Below the pieces are notes generated by a model. It saw only the letters and a list, made by a program, of their open reading frames with translations. It ran no database searches and had not been told where the DNA came from. Below, piece after piece: positions 36,320 to 45,407 of a stretch of 64,000 nucleotides of DNA. The position numbers were made by a program, and so were the translations under genes. Numbering within the stretch: position 1 is the first letter of the stretch; each line of letters opens with the position of its first letter. Source of the stretch: Sphingomonas sp. (GTDB lineage: Bacteria; Pseudomonadota; Alphaproteobacteria; Sphingomonadales; Sphingomonadaceae); assembly GCF_964263785.1 (NCBI RefSeq), contig NZ_CAXVWL010000124.1, positions 8,646 through 72,645 on the forward strand, read 5' to 3'.

Positions 36320-37438
36320 ATGCGGCGCCTGCAAACCCCGCTGTGGCTCGCGCGGCCGACCCGGTTCGCGACGCTGTCCCACACCGGCGCCCGCATCGCG
36401 CTGGCATTGATCGCGCTGCTGCTCGCCGCCACATCCCTGGCGTTCGACACGCCCGCGCCACCCGCCGCCAGCGGCGATGCCGCCCAGCGCGCCGACGATC
36501 ACGCCGACGTCGTCCTCTACGAGGGCATCGTCGAGAGCATGCGTCACGGCGGCGACTATTACACCGTTGCCGCAGCGGCGCTGCGCGGCGGCAATTACCC
36601 GTTGAAGCCGTTCGTGACCTTTCGCCTGCCGACGCTCGCCGCCGTGCAGGCGCTGCTGCCTCCCGCCGCGGTGCTGGCGCTGCTCTGGACCTTGTGCATT
36701 GCGGTCGCGGTCGCCTGGCACGCGCGGCTGAAGCCCGCGTTCGCGCGCGCGCCGCCGCGGATCGTCGCGATGGTGCTGCTCGCGGGTGGCCTGGTGATGT
36801 TCGTCCAGCCGAGCCTGATCGCCTTCCATGAGCTCTGGGCCGGGCTGCTGATCGCGCTGTCGCTTGCGGTGCGCATGCCCGGCCGCTGGATCGAGGCCGC
36901 CGCGCTCGGCCTGGCCGCGATGCTGGTCCGCGAGACCGCTGCGCTCTACGTCGCGGCAATGGCCTGCTTGGCCTTTGCCGAGGGGCACCGGCGTGAAAGC
37001 GCTGGCTGGGCCGCCACGCTCGGCGTTCTCGCGCTCGCCGTCGCCGCGCACGCGCATGCGGTGGCGCAGGTTGTCGAACCGCTCGATCCTGCCTCCCCCG
37101 GATGGGCGGGCATGATGGGCTTCGGCTTCTTCGTGCGCACGATGACGATCACGACCGCGCTGACGCAAGCGCCGTTGTGGCTCGCCGCGCCGCTGGTGGG
37201 GCTGGCGCTTGCAGGATGGGCGGCGTGGCGCGAGCCGCTGGCGCTGCGTGCGGTCACCGTCTTCGCCCTTTATGCCGCGCTGCTCGGCGTCGCGGGGCGA
37301 GTCGATACCTATTATTGGGGGCTGCTCGTCGCGCCGACCCTGCTGGTCGGGCTCGCCTTTGCCCCCGATGCGCTTCGCGACCTGCTCGCAGCGGCGCTCG
37401 ACCGACGCCGGATCACGGTAAAGAGGGTCGTGCGATGA
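36320..37438 (+). CDS. Polytopic integral membrane protein of unknown function
   Basis: 372 aa from ATG 36320 (the last part of track ORF 35282..37438). It has at least eight hydrophobic segments. The loop YPLKPFVTFRLPTLA is reminiscent of ArnT/PMT-type glycosyltransferase folds, but I could not confirm this. Confidence 0.6.
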   Translation: MRRLQTPLWLARPTRFATLSHTGARIALALIALLLAATSLAFDTPAPPAASGDAAQRADDHADVVLYEGIVESMRHGGDYYTVAAAALRGGNYPLKPFVTFRLPTLAAVQALLPPAAVLALLWTLCIAVAVAWHARLKPAFARAPPRIVAMVLLAGGLVMFVQPSLIAFHELWAGLLIALSLAVRMPGRWIEAAALGLAAMLVRETAALYVAAMACLAFAEGHRRESAGWAATLGVLALAVAAHAHAVAQVVEPLDPASPGWAGMMGFGFFVRTMTITTALTQAPLWLAAPLVGLALAGWAAWREPLALRAVTVFALYAALLGVAGRVDTYYWGLLVAPTLLVGLAFAPDALRDLLAAALDRRRITVKRVVR

Positions 37439-38610
37439 AGCGCATCCTGCTGATCGTCGGTGGCGGCATCGCGGCGTACAAGGCCTGCGAGTTGATCCGC
37501 CTGCTGAGGAAACGCGGCCACGCGGTCCGCTGCGTCCTGACCGCGGGCGGCACGCATTTCGTCACCCCGATGACACTGGCGGCGCTCAGCGAGGACAAGG
37601 TCTACACGACATTGTGGGACCTGAAGGACGAGGCCGAGATGGGCCACATCCAGCTCAGCCGCGAAGCCGATCTGGTCGTTGTCGCGCCCGCCACGGCCGA
37701 CCTGCTGGCGCGAATGGCGGCAGGCATCGCCGACGACCTCGCCACCACCCTGCTGCTCGCCACCGACAAGCCCGTGCTCGCCGCTCCCGCGATGAACGTC
37801 CGCATGTGGAGCCATCCCGCCACCCGCCGCAACGTGGCGCAACTGCGCGCCGATGGCGTGCGCGTGCTCGAACCCGACGAGGGTGCGATGGCGTGCGGCG
37901 AGTACGGCGCCGGCCGCCTGCCCGAACCCGAAGCGATTGCGAACGCGATCGACCGCGAGCTCGGTGCCGCGGACAAGCAGCTGGCGGGCCGCCACGCACT
38001 CGTTACCGCGGGGCCGACGCACGAGCCGATCGACCCCGTCCGCTACATAGCCAACCGCTCCTCGGGCCGCCAGGGTTTCGCGGTCGCCCGTGCTCTCGCC
38101 GAGCTGGGCGCACGCGTGACGCTGGTTGCCGGGCCGGTAACGCTGGACACACCGCCCGGAGTCGACCGGATCGACGTCGAGACCGCGCGCGAAATGGCCG
38201 CCGCTGTCGACGCCTCCCTGCCCGCCGACGTCGCGGTCATGGTCGCCGCAGTCGCCGACTGGCGAGTCGACGCCGCCGCGCAGAAGGTCAAAAAGGGTGA
38301 CGCTCCGCCCGCACTGACCTTCGTCGAGAACCCCGACATTCTGGCAGACCTCGCACGCAGCGACCACCGCCCCCAGCTGCTGGTCGGCTTCGCGGCGGAA
38401 ACCGAACAGGTCGTCGCGCATGCCACCGCCAAGCGCGCGCGCAAGGGCGTCGACTGGATCGTCGCCAACGACGTATCGGCCGGCGTCTTCGGCAGCGCGG
38501 CCAACACCGTTCACCTCGTCACCGCCGACGGCGTCGAGGATTGGCCGCGCGCCTCCAAGGACGCGGTCGCGCAGGCGCTGGCGCGACGGATCGCGGACCG
38601 GCTGGGGTGA
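37435..38610 (+). CDS. coaBC: Bifunctional phosphopantothenoylcysteine decarboxylase / synthetase
   Basis: 391 aa starting MKRILLIVGGGIAAYKACELIRLLRKRGHAV (flavoprotein domain). The CoaB domain reads ALVTAGPTHEPIDPVRYIANRSSGRQG. Confidence 0.9.
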   Translation: MKRILLIVGGGIAAYKACELIRLLRKRGHAVRCVLTAGGTHFVTPMTLAALSEDKVYTTLWDLKDEAEMGHIQLSREADLVVVAPATADLLARMAAGIADDLATTLLLATDKPVLAAPAMNVRMWSHPATRRNVAQLRADGVRVLEPDEGAMACGEYGAGRLPEPEAIANAIDRELGAADKQLAGRHALVTAGPTHEPIDPVRYIANRSSGRQGFAVARALAELGARVTLVAGPVTLDTPPGVDRIDVETAREMAAAVDASLPADVAVMVAAVADWRVDAAAQKVKKGDAPPALTFVENPDILADLARSDHRPQLLVGFAAETEQVVAHATAKRARKGVDWIVANDVSAGVFGSAANTVHLVTADGVEDWPRASKDAVAQALARRIADRLG

Positions 38611-38660
38611 AACGCTTGCCACCTGTTCCCGTCGCCGTCGTAGCGCGCTAGAACAGCCGC

Positions 38661-39098
38661 ATGATCCGCATCGCCATCAAGCGCCTGGCCCACGGCGAAG
38701 GCCTGCCGCGTCCGGCCTACGCGACCGAAGGCGCCGCGGGAATGGACATCGTCGCCGCGGAGGCGCTGGTTCTCCAGCCCGGACAGCGCCACCCGGTCGC
38801 TACCGGCTTTGCGATCGCCATCCCCGAAGGTTACGAGGTGCAGGTCCGCCCGCGCTCCGGCCTCGCGCTCAAACATGGCATCACCTGCCTCAACACCCCC
38901 GGCACGATCGACAGCGACTATCGCGGCGAGGTCAAGATCATCCTGGCGAATCTGGGCGACGAGGCATTCCAGGTCGTCCGCGGCGAGCGCATTGCCCAAC
39001 TGGTTCCCGCCCCCGTGCTGCGCGCGGCATTCGATGAGGTCGCGACGCTCGACGACACCGTGCGCGGCGACGGCGGGTTCGGATCGACCGGGCGATGA
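38661..39098 (+). CDS. dut: dUTP diphosphatase
   Basis: 145 aa containing [34 protein letters not shown] and [10 protein letters not shown]. Confidence 0.92.
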   Translation: MIRIAIKRLAHGEGLPRPAYATEGAAGMDIVAAEALVLQPGQRHPVATGFAIAIPEGYEVQVRPRSGLALKHGITCLNTPGTIDSDYRGEVKIILANLGDEAFQVVRGERIAQLVPAPVLRAAFDEVATLDDTVRGDGGFGSTGR

Positions 39099-39517
39099 TC
39101 GCGGCACTCCTCGTGCTGGCGCAAGTCTTGGGGGCGCCACCCGCCACTCCCTCGGCGGCGACTCCGGTCGCCCCGCGCCCGCCACAGGACTGGTCCAGGC
39201 TGGCGCCGCTGCGTTTCGTCGCCCCGCCACGACCCGATCCCGGCGTGTCGGTCTATGTCCGCAGCGAAACCCAGGCGGGCCGCTGCGCCGCGACCACCCG
39301 AACCGCCGATGGGTGGGCATTGCGCGTCGACATGGCGGCGCTCGTCGGCGCCGACGGCCGCGCGCGGCAAATCATCCCGCGCGCGATCGACTGTCCTACC
39401 GTCGAGCAGTTCGCAGTCGGTTTGATGTCGCGCACGACGCGCGACAACGTCGATGCCGCAGGCATCTTGGCCGATATCTGGCTGAAGACGTCGCTGACCT
39501 TCGCATGGACGAACTGA
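39095..39517 (+). CDS. Hypothetical exported protein translationally coupled to dut
   Basis: 140 aa with an ATGA overlap on the dut stop. It has a signal-peptide-like start ([17 protein letters not shown]), a Pro-rich linker and two Cys residues. I recognise no family. Confidence 0.55.
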   Translation: MIAALLVLAQVLGAPPATPSAATPVAPRPPQDWSRLAPLRFVAPPRPDPGVSVYVRSETQAGRCAATTRTADGWALRVDMAALVGADGRARQIIPRAIDCPTVEQFAVGLMSRTTRDNVDAAGILADIWLKTSLTFAWTN

Positions 39518-40275
39518 CGCTCTCCGACTCCGAACTCGATCGCTACGCCCGCCACATCGTTCTCCGCGAGTTCGGCGGCGCCGGGCAGATGCGATTGAAG
39601 GCGGCATCGGTGGCAATCGTGGGGGCGGGCGGCATTGGCTCGCCCGCCATCCAGTATCTCGCAGCCGCAGGCATCGGGCGGATGCTGATCTTCGACGACG
39701 ACGTGGTCGAACCGTCTAACCTCCAGCGCCAGACAATCTTCGCCAGCGAAGACGCAGGTCAGGGCAAAGCCGAAGCGGCCGCTCGCCGCGCCGCCGCGAT
39801 CAACCCGCACATCGCCGTAGAATCGCGAACGATGCGCCTCGACGCTGACAACATCGCAGGCGCGCTGGCCGGCATCGACGTGGTCCTCGACGGCTGCGAT
39901 AATTTTGCGACCCGCTTGACGATCGCCGACGCCGCATATGCCGCGCGCGTGCCGCTCGTCTCGGCGGCGGTCGACCAGTTCGAAGGGCAGCTCGGCGTTT
40001 ATCGCGGCTGGGAGGCGGCCAAGCCCTGCTACCGCTGCTTCGTCGGCGATTCGCCGATGCGCGAAGGCGTCAGCTGCGCCGAAAGTGGCATCCTGGGCCC
40101 GGTCGCGGGTGTACTGGGCAGCCTCGCCGCGCTGGAAGTCCTTCGCGCCATCGCGCCGTTCGGCGACGATCCCGCGGGTAATCTGCTGCTCGTCGACCTC
40201 CTCGCGCTACGGTTCAGGACGATCCGCCTGCCCAAGGATCCGGGGTGCCGGTCGTGCGGCAACGCGGGTAACTGA
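39505..40275 (+). CDS. HesA/MoeB/ThiF-family adenylyltransferase
   Basis: 256 aa from ATG 39505. Contains RYARHIVLREFGGAGQMRLKAASVAIVGAGGIGSP (nucleotide-binding fold), LQRQ, and the CxxC pairs CYRC and CRSC. Confidence 0.8.
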   Translation: MDELTLSDSELDRYARHIVLREFGGAGQMRLKAASVAIVGAGGIGSPAIQYLAAAGIGRMLIFDDDVVEPSNLQRQTIFASEDAGQGKAEAAARRAAAINPHIAVESRTMRLDADNIAGALAGIDVVLDGCDNFATRLTIADAAYAARVPLVSAAVDQFEGQLGVYRGWEAAKPCYRCFVGDSPMREGVSCAESGILGPVAGVLGSLAALEVLRAIAPFGDDPAGNLLLVDLLALRFRTIRLPKDPGCRSCGNAGN

Positions 40276-40391
40276 GAAACGCTGTCCTACAACGATCGGC
40301 CATGCGAAACCGTCGCGCTGCCAGGCCGCGAACTCTCACGCTCTTTCTCATCAGTGCGGAAACGGAAACGATCGGCGACGATCAACCCACG

Positions 40392-40474
40392 TGCACGTGT
40401 CAACCAGTGTCAACGTCTTGGGGTTGACGCCGCGTCACGCGATGCGGCTGCACGCGTCAACGAGTGTCAACGTC
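40392..40474. repeat. Two 26-bp direct repeats (24 of 26 identical, 57-bp period), each carrying two GTCAAC hexamers 10 bp apart
   Basis: Copies TGCACGTGTCAACCAGTGTCAACGTC (40392-40417) and TGCACGCGTCAACGAGTGTCAACGTC (40449-40474). An inverted GTTGAC lies between them. The repeats sit between the convergent moeB-like and galU stops. Confidence 0.5.
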
Positions 40475-40503
40475 CTCCGCCGAATACGCGTGCAACGGAT
40501 GGC

Positions 40504-41370
40504 TTATCCTAGCAACCCTCGCGCGAAATCCCGCACGGCGGGCCCGATGTCGTCCCGCGCCAGCGCCAGCGCCAGGTTCGCTTGTATATACCCCGCCTTG
40601 TCGCCGCAATCGTAGCGTTCGCCATCGAAGGTGAAGGCATGGAAGGGCTGCACCCCGATCAGCTGCGCCATCGCATCGGTCAGCTGAATTTCGCCGCCCG
40701 CGCCCTTTTCCTGACGCTCCAGGATACGCATCACCTCGGGCTGGAGGATGTACCGCCCGGGAATCATAAGGTTCGACGGCGCGGTGCCGAGCTTGGGCTT
40801 CTCGACCAGCGCAGTCACCTCGACCGTGCGATCGTCGAAGCGCCCGCCGGGCGAGATGACACCGTATTTGTCGGTTTCGCTGTCGGGCACTTCCAGCGCG
40901 CCGATGACGTTGCCGCCGGTCTTCGCATAGGCCTCGGCCATCTGCTTCATGAAGCCCCCGACCATTAGCTCGTCGGGAAGCAGCACCGCGAACGGCTCGT
41001 CCCCGACGATCTCGCGCGCGCACCAGACGGCATGGCCGAGACCCAGCGGCTCCTGCTGACGGACGTACACCGGCGATCCCGGCCTCTGGCGGATCGATTC
41101 GATGATCTCGATCGACTTGCCGCGGGCACGCATCGTCGCCTCGAGCTCGTAGGAGATGTCGAAATGGTCCTCGAGAGAAGACTTTCCGCGGCCCGTGACG
41201 AAGATGATCTGCTCGATCCCCGCTTCCAGCGCCTCTTCGACCGCATATTGGATCAGCGGCTTGTCGACGACGGTCAGCATCTCCTTGGGCATCGCCTTGG
41301 TCGCGGGCAGGAAGCGGGTGCCGAGCCCGGCGACCGGGAAAACAGCCTTGCGCAGGCGCTTGATCGTCAT
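40504..41370 (-). CDS. galU: UTP--glucose-1-phosphate uridylyltransferase
   Basis: 288 aa from ATG 41370, starting MTIKRLRKAVFPVAGLGTRFLPATKAMPKEMLTVVDKPLIQY. The rest of track ORF 40504..42648 is antisense to wecB. Confidence 0.9.
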   Translation of the reverse strand: MTIKRLRKAVFPVAGLGTRFLPATKAMPKEMLTVVDKPLIQYAVEEALEAGIEQIIFVTGRGKSSLEDHFDISYELEATMRARGKSIEIIESIRQRPGSPVYVRQQEPLGLGHAVWCAREIVGDEPFAVLLPDELMVGGFMKQMAEAYAKTGGNVIGALEVPDSETDKYGVISPGGRFDDRTVEVTALVEKPKLGTAPSNLMIPGRYILQPEVMRILERQEKGAGGEIQLTDAMAQLIGVQPFHAFTFDGERYDCGDKAGYIQANLALALARDDIGPAVRDFARGLLG

Positions 41371-41487
41371 CGTCGAAAATCCCTTTTGGCGTTTGCGCCG
41401 TTGCCCGCCGCCTAAAGCCCGACCTTTGCATCGGTTGCAATCGGGACGGTTAGCGCGGCGGTAAGCATCGCCCGCTATCGTGGCGGC

Positions 41488-42630
41488 ATGGCTCACACCG
41501 TCCTCGTCGTCTTCGGCACTCGCCCCGAAGCGATCAAGCTCTTTCCGGTCGTCCGCGCGCTGGCTGCGACCGACGGCATCCGGGTGCGCACCTGCGTCAC
41601 CGCGCAGCACCGCGGCCTGCTCGATCAGGTGCTCGGCATCGCCGGTCTGGTGCCCGACCGCGACCTCGACATCATGGAGCCGGGCCAGTCGCTCGACCGG
41701 CTGACCGCGCGCCTGCTCGTCGGCATCGGCGAAGCCATCGGCGCCGAGCGCCCGGACACCGTGCTGGTCCAGGGCGACACCGCCACGGCGATGACCGGCG
41801 CGCTGGCCGCCTACTACCGGCGCATCCCCGTCGCCCACGTCGAAGCGGGGCTGCGCTCGGGCGACATCTACCATCCCTGGCCCGAGGAGGTGAACCGCCG
41901 CATCGTTGCGCCGATCGCCCGCCACCATTTCGCACCGACGCAGACCGCGGCCGATGCGCTGATCCGCGAGGGCGTCGACCCGGCCAGCGTCCACGTCACC
42001 GGCAACACCGTGATCGACGCGCTTCACTGGACCCGCGACCGCATCGCCGGCGAGCCCGCCCTCGCCGTTTCGATCGCGCCGGTTCTGACAAGCATGGCAG
42101 GCAAGCGCATCGTCCTGGTCACAACACACCGCCGCGAGAATTTTGGCGGAGGCATGGAGGCCATCGCCCGTGCCATCGGCAGGATCGCCGAGCGCGAGGA
42201 TGTGGGAATCGTCTTTCCCGTCCACCCGAACCCCAGCGTCGTCACGGTGATGGACGAGCTGCTCGGCGACTGCGCCAACGTCGCCCGGATCGCGCCGCTC
42301 GATTACCCCGGCTTCGTCGCCGCGCTCGCCGCCTGCGACATTGTCCTCACCGACTCGGGCGGCGTGCAGGAGGAGGCTCCCGCGCTCGGCAAGCCTGTCC
42401 TGGTGATGCGCGAGACTACCGAACGGCCCGAAGGTGTCGCCGCGGGCACCGCGAAGCTGGTCGGCACGGACGAAGATCGTATCGTTTCCGAAGTCTTCAC
42501 CCTTCTCGATGATAGCGAAGCGCATGCCGTCATGGCCCGCGCCCACAATCCGTTCGGCGACGGCCATGCGTCGGAACGAATAGCCAAGATCGTTAAAGGG
42601 GGCGTGATCGCCGATGATTTCCGACGCTGA
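41488..42630 (+). CDS. wecB: UDP-N-acetylglucosamine 2-epimerase (non-hydrolysing)
   Basis: 380 aa starting MAHTVLVVFGTRPEAIKLFPV, with ...VQGDTATAMTGALAAYYRRIPVAHVEAGLRS... and HPWPEE. Confidence 0.9.
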   Translation: MAHTVLVVFGTRPEAIKLFPVVRALAATDGIRVRTCVTAQHRGLLDQVLGIAGLVPDRDLDIMEPGQSLDRLTARLLVGIGEAIGAERPDTVLVQGDTATAMTGALAAYYRRIPVAHVEAGLRSGDIYHPWPEEVNRRIVAPIARHHFAPTQTAADALIREGVDPASVHVTGNTVIDALHWTRDRIAGEPALAVSIAPVLTSMAGKRIVLVTTHRRENFGGGMEAIARAIGRIAEREDVGIVFPVHPNPSVVTVMDELLGDCANVARIAPLDYPGFVAALAACDIVLTDSGGVQEEAPALGKPVLVMRETTERPEGVAAGTAKLVGTDEDRIVSEVFTLLDDSEAHAVMARAHNPFGDGHASERIAKIVKGGVIADDFRR

Positions 42631-43909
42631 TCTGAACGTCGTCGTCATGGGGCTGGGCTACATCGGCCTGCCCACCGCGGCGATCATCGCGCGCACCGGT
42701 GCCCGTGTCCTTGGGGTCGACGTGACCGAATCGGTCGTCGACACCGTCAACTCGGGCCGTGTCCATATCGAGGAGGTCGATCTCGACGGCCTCGTCTCGG
42801 GCGTCGTTGCGCGCGGCACGCTGCGCGCCTCGACCCAGGTCGCCCCCGCCGACGTCTTCGTCATCGCGGTGCCGACGCCCTTCGCGGACGATCATCAGCC
42901 CAATATCGGCTATGTCCTCCAGGCCGCGACCAGCATCGCGGCGGTGCTGAAGCCGGGCGACACCGTCATCCTCGAATCGACCTCCCCCGTCGGCACGACC
43001 GAACAGGTCCGCGACCTGCTCGCGGTGCTCCGCCCCGATCTGCGCGTGCCGGGCAGGACAGGCGATCAAGCCGATATCGCCATCGCCTATTGCCCCGAAC
43101 GCGTGCTGCCCGGCCGCATTCTGGTCGAGCTCATCGACAACGATCGGGTCATCGGCGGCATCACCCCGCGATGCGCGCGCAAGGCGCTGGCCTTCTATCG
43201 TCGCTTCGTCCGCGGCGCCTGCGTCACCACGACCGCAAGGGCAGCGGAGATGACCAAGCTGACCGAGAACGCGTTTCGCGACGTCAACATCGCCTTCGCC
43301 AACGAACTGAGCCTCGTGGCGGACACACTCGGCGTCGACGTGTGGGAGGTGATCCGCCTCGCCAACCGCCACCCTCGCGTCAACATCCTTTCCCCCGGTC
43401 CCGGCGTCGGCGGCCATTGCATAGCGGTCGACCCGTGGTTCCTGGTCGCCGCCGACCCGAAACACACGCCTCTGATCCGGACCGCTCGGCAGGTGAACGA
43501 CGGCAAGATCGACCATGTCATCGCGCAAGCCGCCGCGATGATCGAGACCGCGCCCGGCGTCCCCGTCGCCTGCATGGGGCTGGCGTTCAAGGCCAACATC
43601 GACGACTTTCGCGAAAGCCCCGCGCTCAAAGTCGCCGCTGCGCTGGCCAGCCGCTTCGGTGCGCGAGTCCGCATCGTCGAACCTTATGCGGCCACCCTGC
43701 CCGCCGCATTCGGCGGCACCGACGCGCAGTTGATCGACATCGACACCGCGATCGAGACCTGCGGCATCATGATCGTTCTGGTCGATCACGATCTCTTCCG
43801 CTCCATCCCGCTCCAGGAGCGCTTGGGCAAAGCGGTGCTCGACACCCGAGGCATCTGGCCCGACCAGCCCGCCTTCGCACCGGACCCAAGGTTGCGGCTC
43901 GCCAGCTAG
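42614..43909 (+). CDS. wecC: UDP-N-acetyl-D-mannosamine dehydrogenase
   Basis: 431 aa. It has the Rossmann start VVVMGLGYIGLPTAAIIA, the UDP-sugar dehydrogenase motif LSPGPGVGGHCIAVDPWF, and GLAFKANIDDFRESPA. Confidence 0.87.
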   Translation: MISDADLNVVVMGLGYIGLPTAAIIARTGARVLGVDVTESVVDTVNSGRVHIEEVDLDGLVSGVVARGTLRASTQVAPADVFVIAVPTPFADDHQPNIGYVLQAATSIAAVLKPGDTVILESTSPVGTTEQVRDLLAVLRPDLRVPGRTGDQADIAIAYCPERVLPGRILVELIDNDRVIGGITPRCARKALAFYRRFVRGACVTTTARAAEMTKLTENAFRDVNIAFANELSLVADTLGVDVWEVIRLANRHPRVNILSPGPGVGGHCIAVDPWFLVAADPKHTPLIRTARQVNDGKIDHVIAQAAAMIETAPGVPVACMGLAFKANIDDFRESPALKVAAALASRFGARVRIVEPYAATLPAAFGGTDAQLIDIDTAIETCGIMIVLVDHDLFRSIPLQERLGKAVLDTRGIWPDQPAFAPDPRLRLAS

Positions 43910-43928
43910 CCGCCGTTGCGGGTCGGAC

Positions 43929-44732
43929 ATGCCGTGCCTATATCGGACCTATTCCGACATCGATGGCGCCATGCTCCGCAAGTTTCTGAGAACCCGTGCC
44001 GCTGCCAGTCCACCCGCCCCGGCGATCCCGCCGGGCGAGCGGGTCTATGCGATCGGAGACGTTCACGGCCGGTTGGACCTGTTGGACCAGTTGCTGAGCG
44101 CGATCGACGCCGATGATGCTGCGCACGACCCGGCCACCACGACCATCGTTTTTCTAGGCGACCTTGTCGATCGCGGACCCGATTCGGCAGGCGTCGTCGA
44201 GCGGGTGCGGCGAATTAGCGCCAGTCGCCCCGACGTCCGCTTGCTGTTGGGCAATCACGAAGAAGTCTTTCTGGCCGCGCTCGACGGTGACCTGAAGGCG
44301 GTGCGTTTGTTCTGCCGCATCGGCGGACGCGAAACCGCGCTCAGCTACGGGATAACGGCCGAGGCGTATGAGACGATGGATCACGGTGAATTGGCCGAAG
44401 CGCTGAAGCGAGTCGTTCCGGAGGCACACCGCGCATTGCTGGCCGCGGGCAGCGACATGGAAGTCATCGGCGACTACGCCTTCGTCCATGCCGGCGTTCA
44501 CCCCGATCGCGCGCTCGAGGATCAGCGCGGCGCGGACCTTCGCTGGATTCGCGACCCCTTTCTCGATCATCGCGGGCGACTCGCCAAGACCGTCGTCCAC
44601 GGCCATACGATCAGCGATGACGCTGAATTTCGCCCGCATCGGATCGGCATCGATACCGGCGCCTATGCTACTGGCCGGCTGACCGCATTGGGGCTCGAAG
44701 CCGATCGCAGCTGGCAGCTTCATACCGGCTAA
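43929..44732 (+). CDS. Metallophosphoesterase (PrpA/ApaH-like Ser/Thr phosphatase family)
   Basis: 267 aa (alternative ATG at 43971). Contains the motifs GDVHGR, GDLVDRGP, GNHE and VHGHT. Confidence 0.75.
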   Translation: MPCLYRTYSDIDGAMLRKFLRTRAAASPPAPAIPPGERVYAIGDVHGRLDLLDQLLSAIDADDAAHDPATTTIVFLGDLVDRGPDSAGVVERVRRISASRPDVRLLLGNHEEVFLAALDGDLKAVRLFCRIGGRETALSYGITAEAYETMDHGELAEALKRVVPEAHRALLAAGSDMEVIGDYAFVHAGVHPDRALEDQRGADLRWIRDPFLDHRGRLAKTVVHGHTISDDAEFRPHRIGIDTGAYATGRLTALGLEADRSWQLHTG

Positions 44733-44812
44733 TTTCGCCAACTCGCCGCATTGCAGCGATTATAAGACTTTGCGTTCACCACTTTGCTGATATGACAACG
44801 CCGACCGGTATG

Positions 44813-44841
44813 TTGCATCGCCGCAACAGTGATCGATGCAA
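44813..44841. promoter_or_regulatory. Perfect 8-bp inverted repeat TTGCATCG-N13-CGATGCAA upstream of the small exported protein gene
   Basis: Read directly from the sequence. It lies about 85 nt upstream of ATG 44924. Confidence 0.25.
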
Positions 44842-44923
44842 ACAGATCGGTCGGGCGGAACGGTTGCAAGGTCACGTGCATTGTGGCATTGCTCCGATCG
44901 ACGGACACTGAAGGGAGTTTCAT

Positions 44924-45169
44924 ATGCGTCTTGGGAAGTATCTCATGGCCGCCGCGGCCGCCACGATGGCGGTTGCTCCGGCTATGGCCGCTCCGGCGAA
45001 TCCGGCAACGAGCCTGTCGGTGGCCAAGTCGGCTCGCGCCGGCACGACCACTGCAAAGAAGAACGAGCTCGCCGGTGGCGGCATTATCATCGCCATCATC
45101 GCTGCAGCTGCAGTGGTTGCCGGCATCATCATCGTCGCCGACAACAACGACAGCCCCGACAGCCCGTAA
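44924..45169 (+). CDS. Small Ala-rich exported protein with a C-terminal membrane anchor (81 aa)
   Basis: A GAAGGGAG Shine-Dalgarno sequence precedes it. The signal peptide is MRLGKYLMAAAAATMAVAPAMA|AP. The C-terminal hydrophobic helix GGGIIIAIIAAAAVVAGIIIVA is followed by an acidic tail. It has its own terminator. Confidence 0.6.
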   Translation: MRLGKYLMAAAAATMAVAPAMAAPANPATSLSVAKSARAGTTTAKKNELAGGGIIIAIIAAAAVVAGIIIVADNNDSPDSP

Positions 45170-45190
45170 GCTGTTGGCATCTGCCATGGG

Positions 45191-45221
45191 AAAATAGCGG
45201 TCCTCGGGCCGCTATTTTTTT
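45191..45221 (+). terminator. Rho-independent terminator
   Basis: AAAATAGCGG-TCCTCGGG-CCGCTATTTTTTT: a stem followed by a T7 tract, 22 nt after the stop at 45169. Confidence 0.72.
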
Positions 45222-45407
45222 GCCTGCGATGTGTGGGGGTTGCGGAGCAGGCGTAGCCGAGTTGGCTGGAACGATTTTTTGAGAAAACCCTGTCCTCACC
45301 TAGGCGAGAAGCCCGGGCCCACAGTGCAGCACGTGCGTCGTTCGGAGCTTCAATACATCGCCCGCGGCGCGATAACCCGGCCTTGCTGGCCTAACGGAGT
45401 GAACCAG

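Noticed and set aside
34566-36959. 797-aa minus-strand ORF, plus the long 5' extension of plus-strand ORF 35282..37438
   Set aside because: The first is antisense to ubiB. The second is out of frame over ubiB, and only its last 372 codons (from ATG 36320) form a coherent membrane protein.
40504-42648. 714-aa minus-strand ORF suggesting a large fusion protein
   Set aside because: Only the C-terminal 288 aa (from ATG 41370) are GalU. The N-terminal part is antisense to wecB and is low-complexity.
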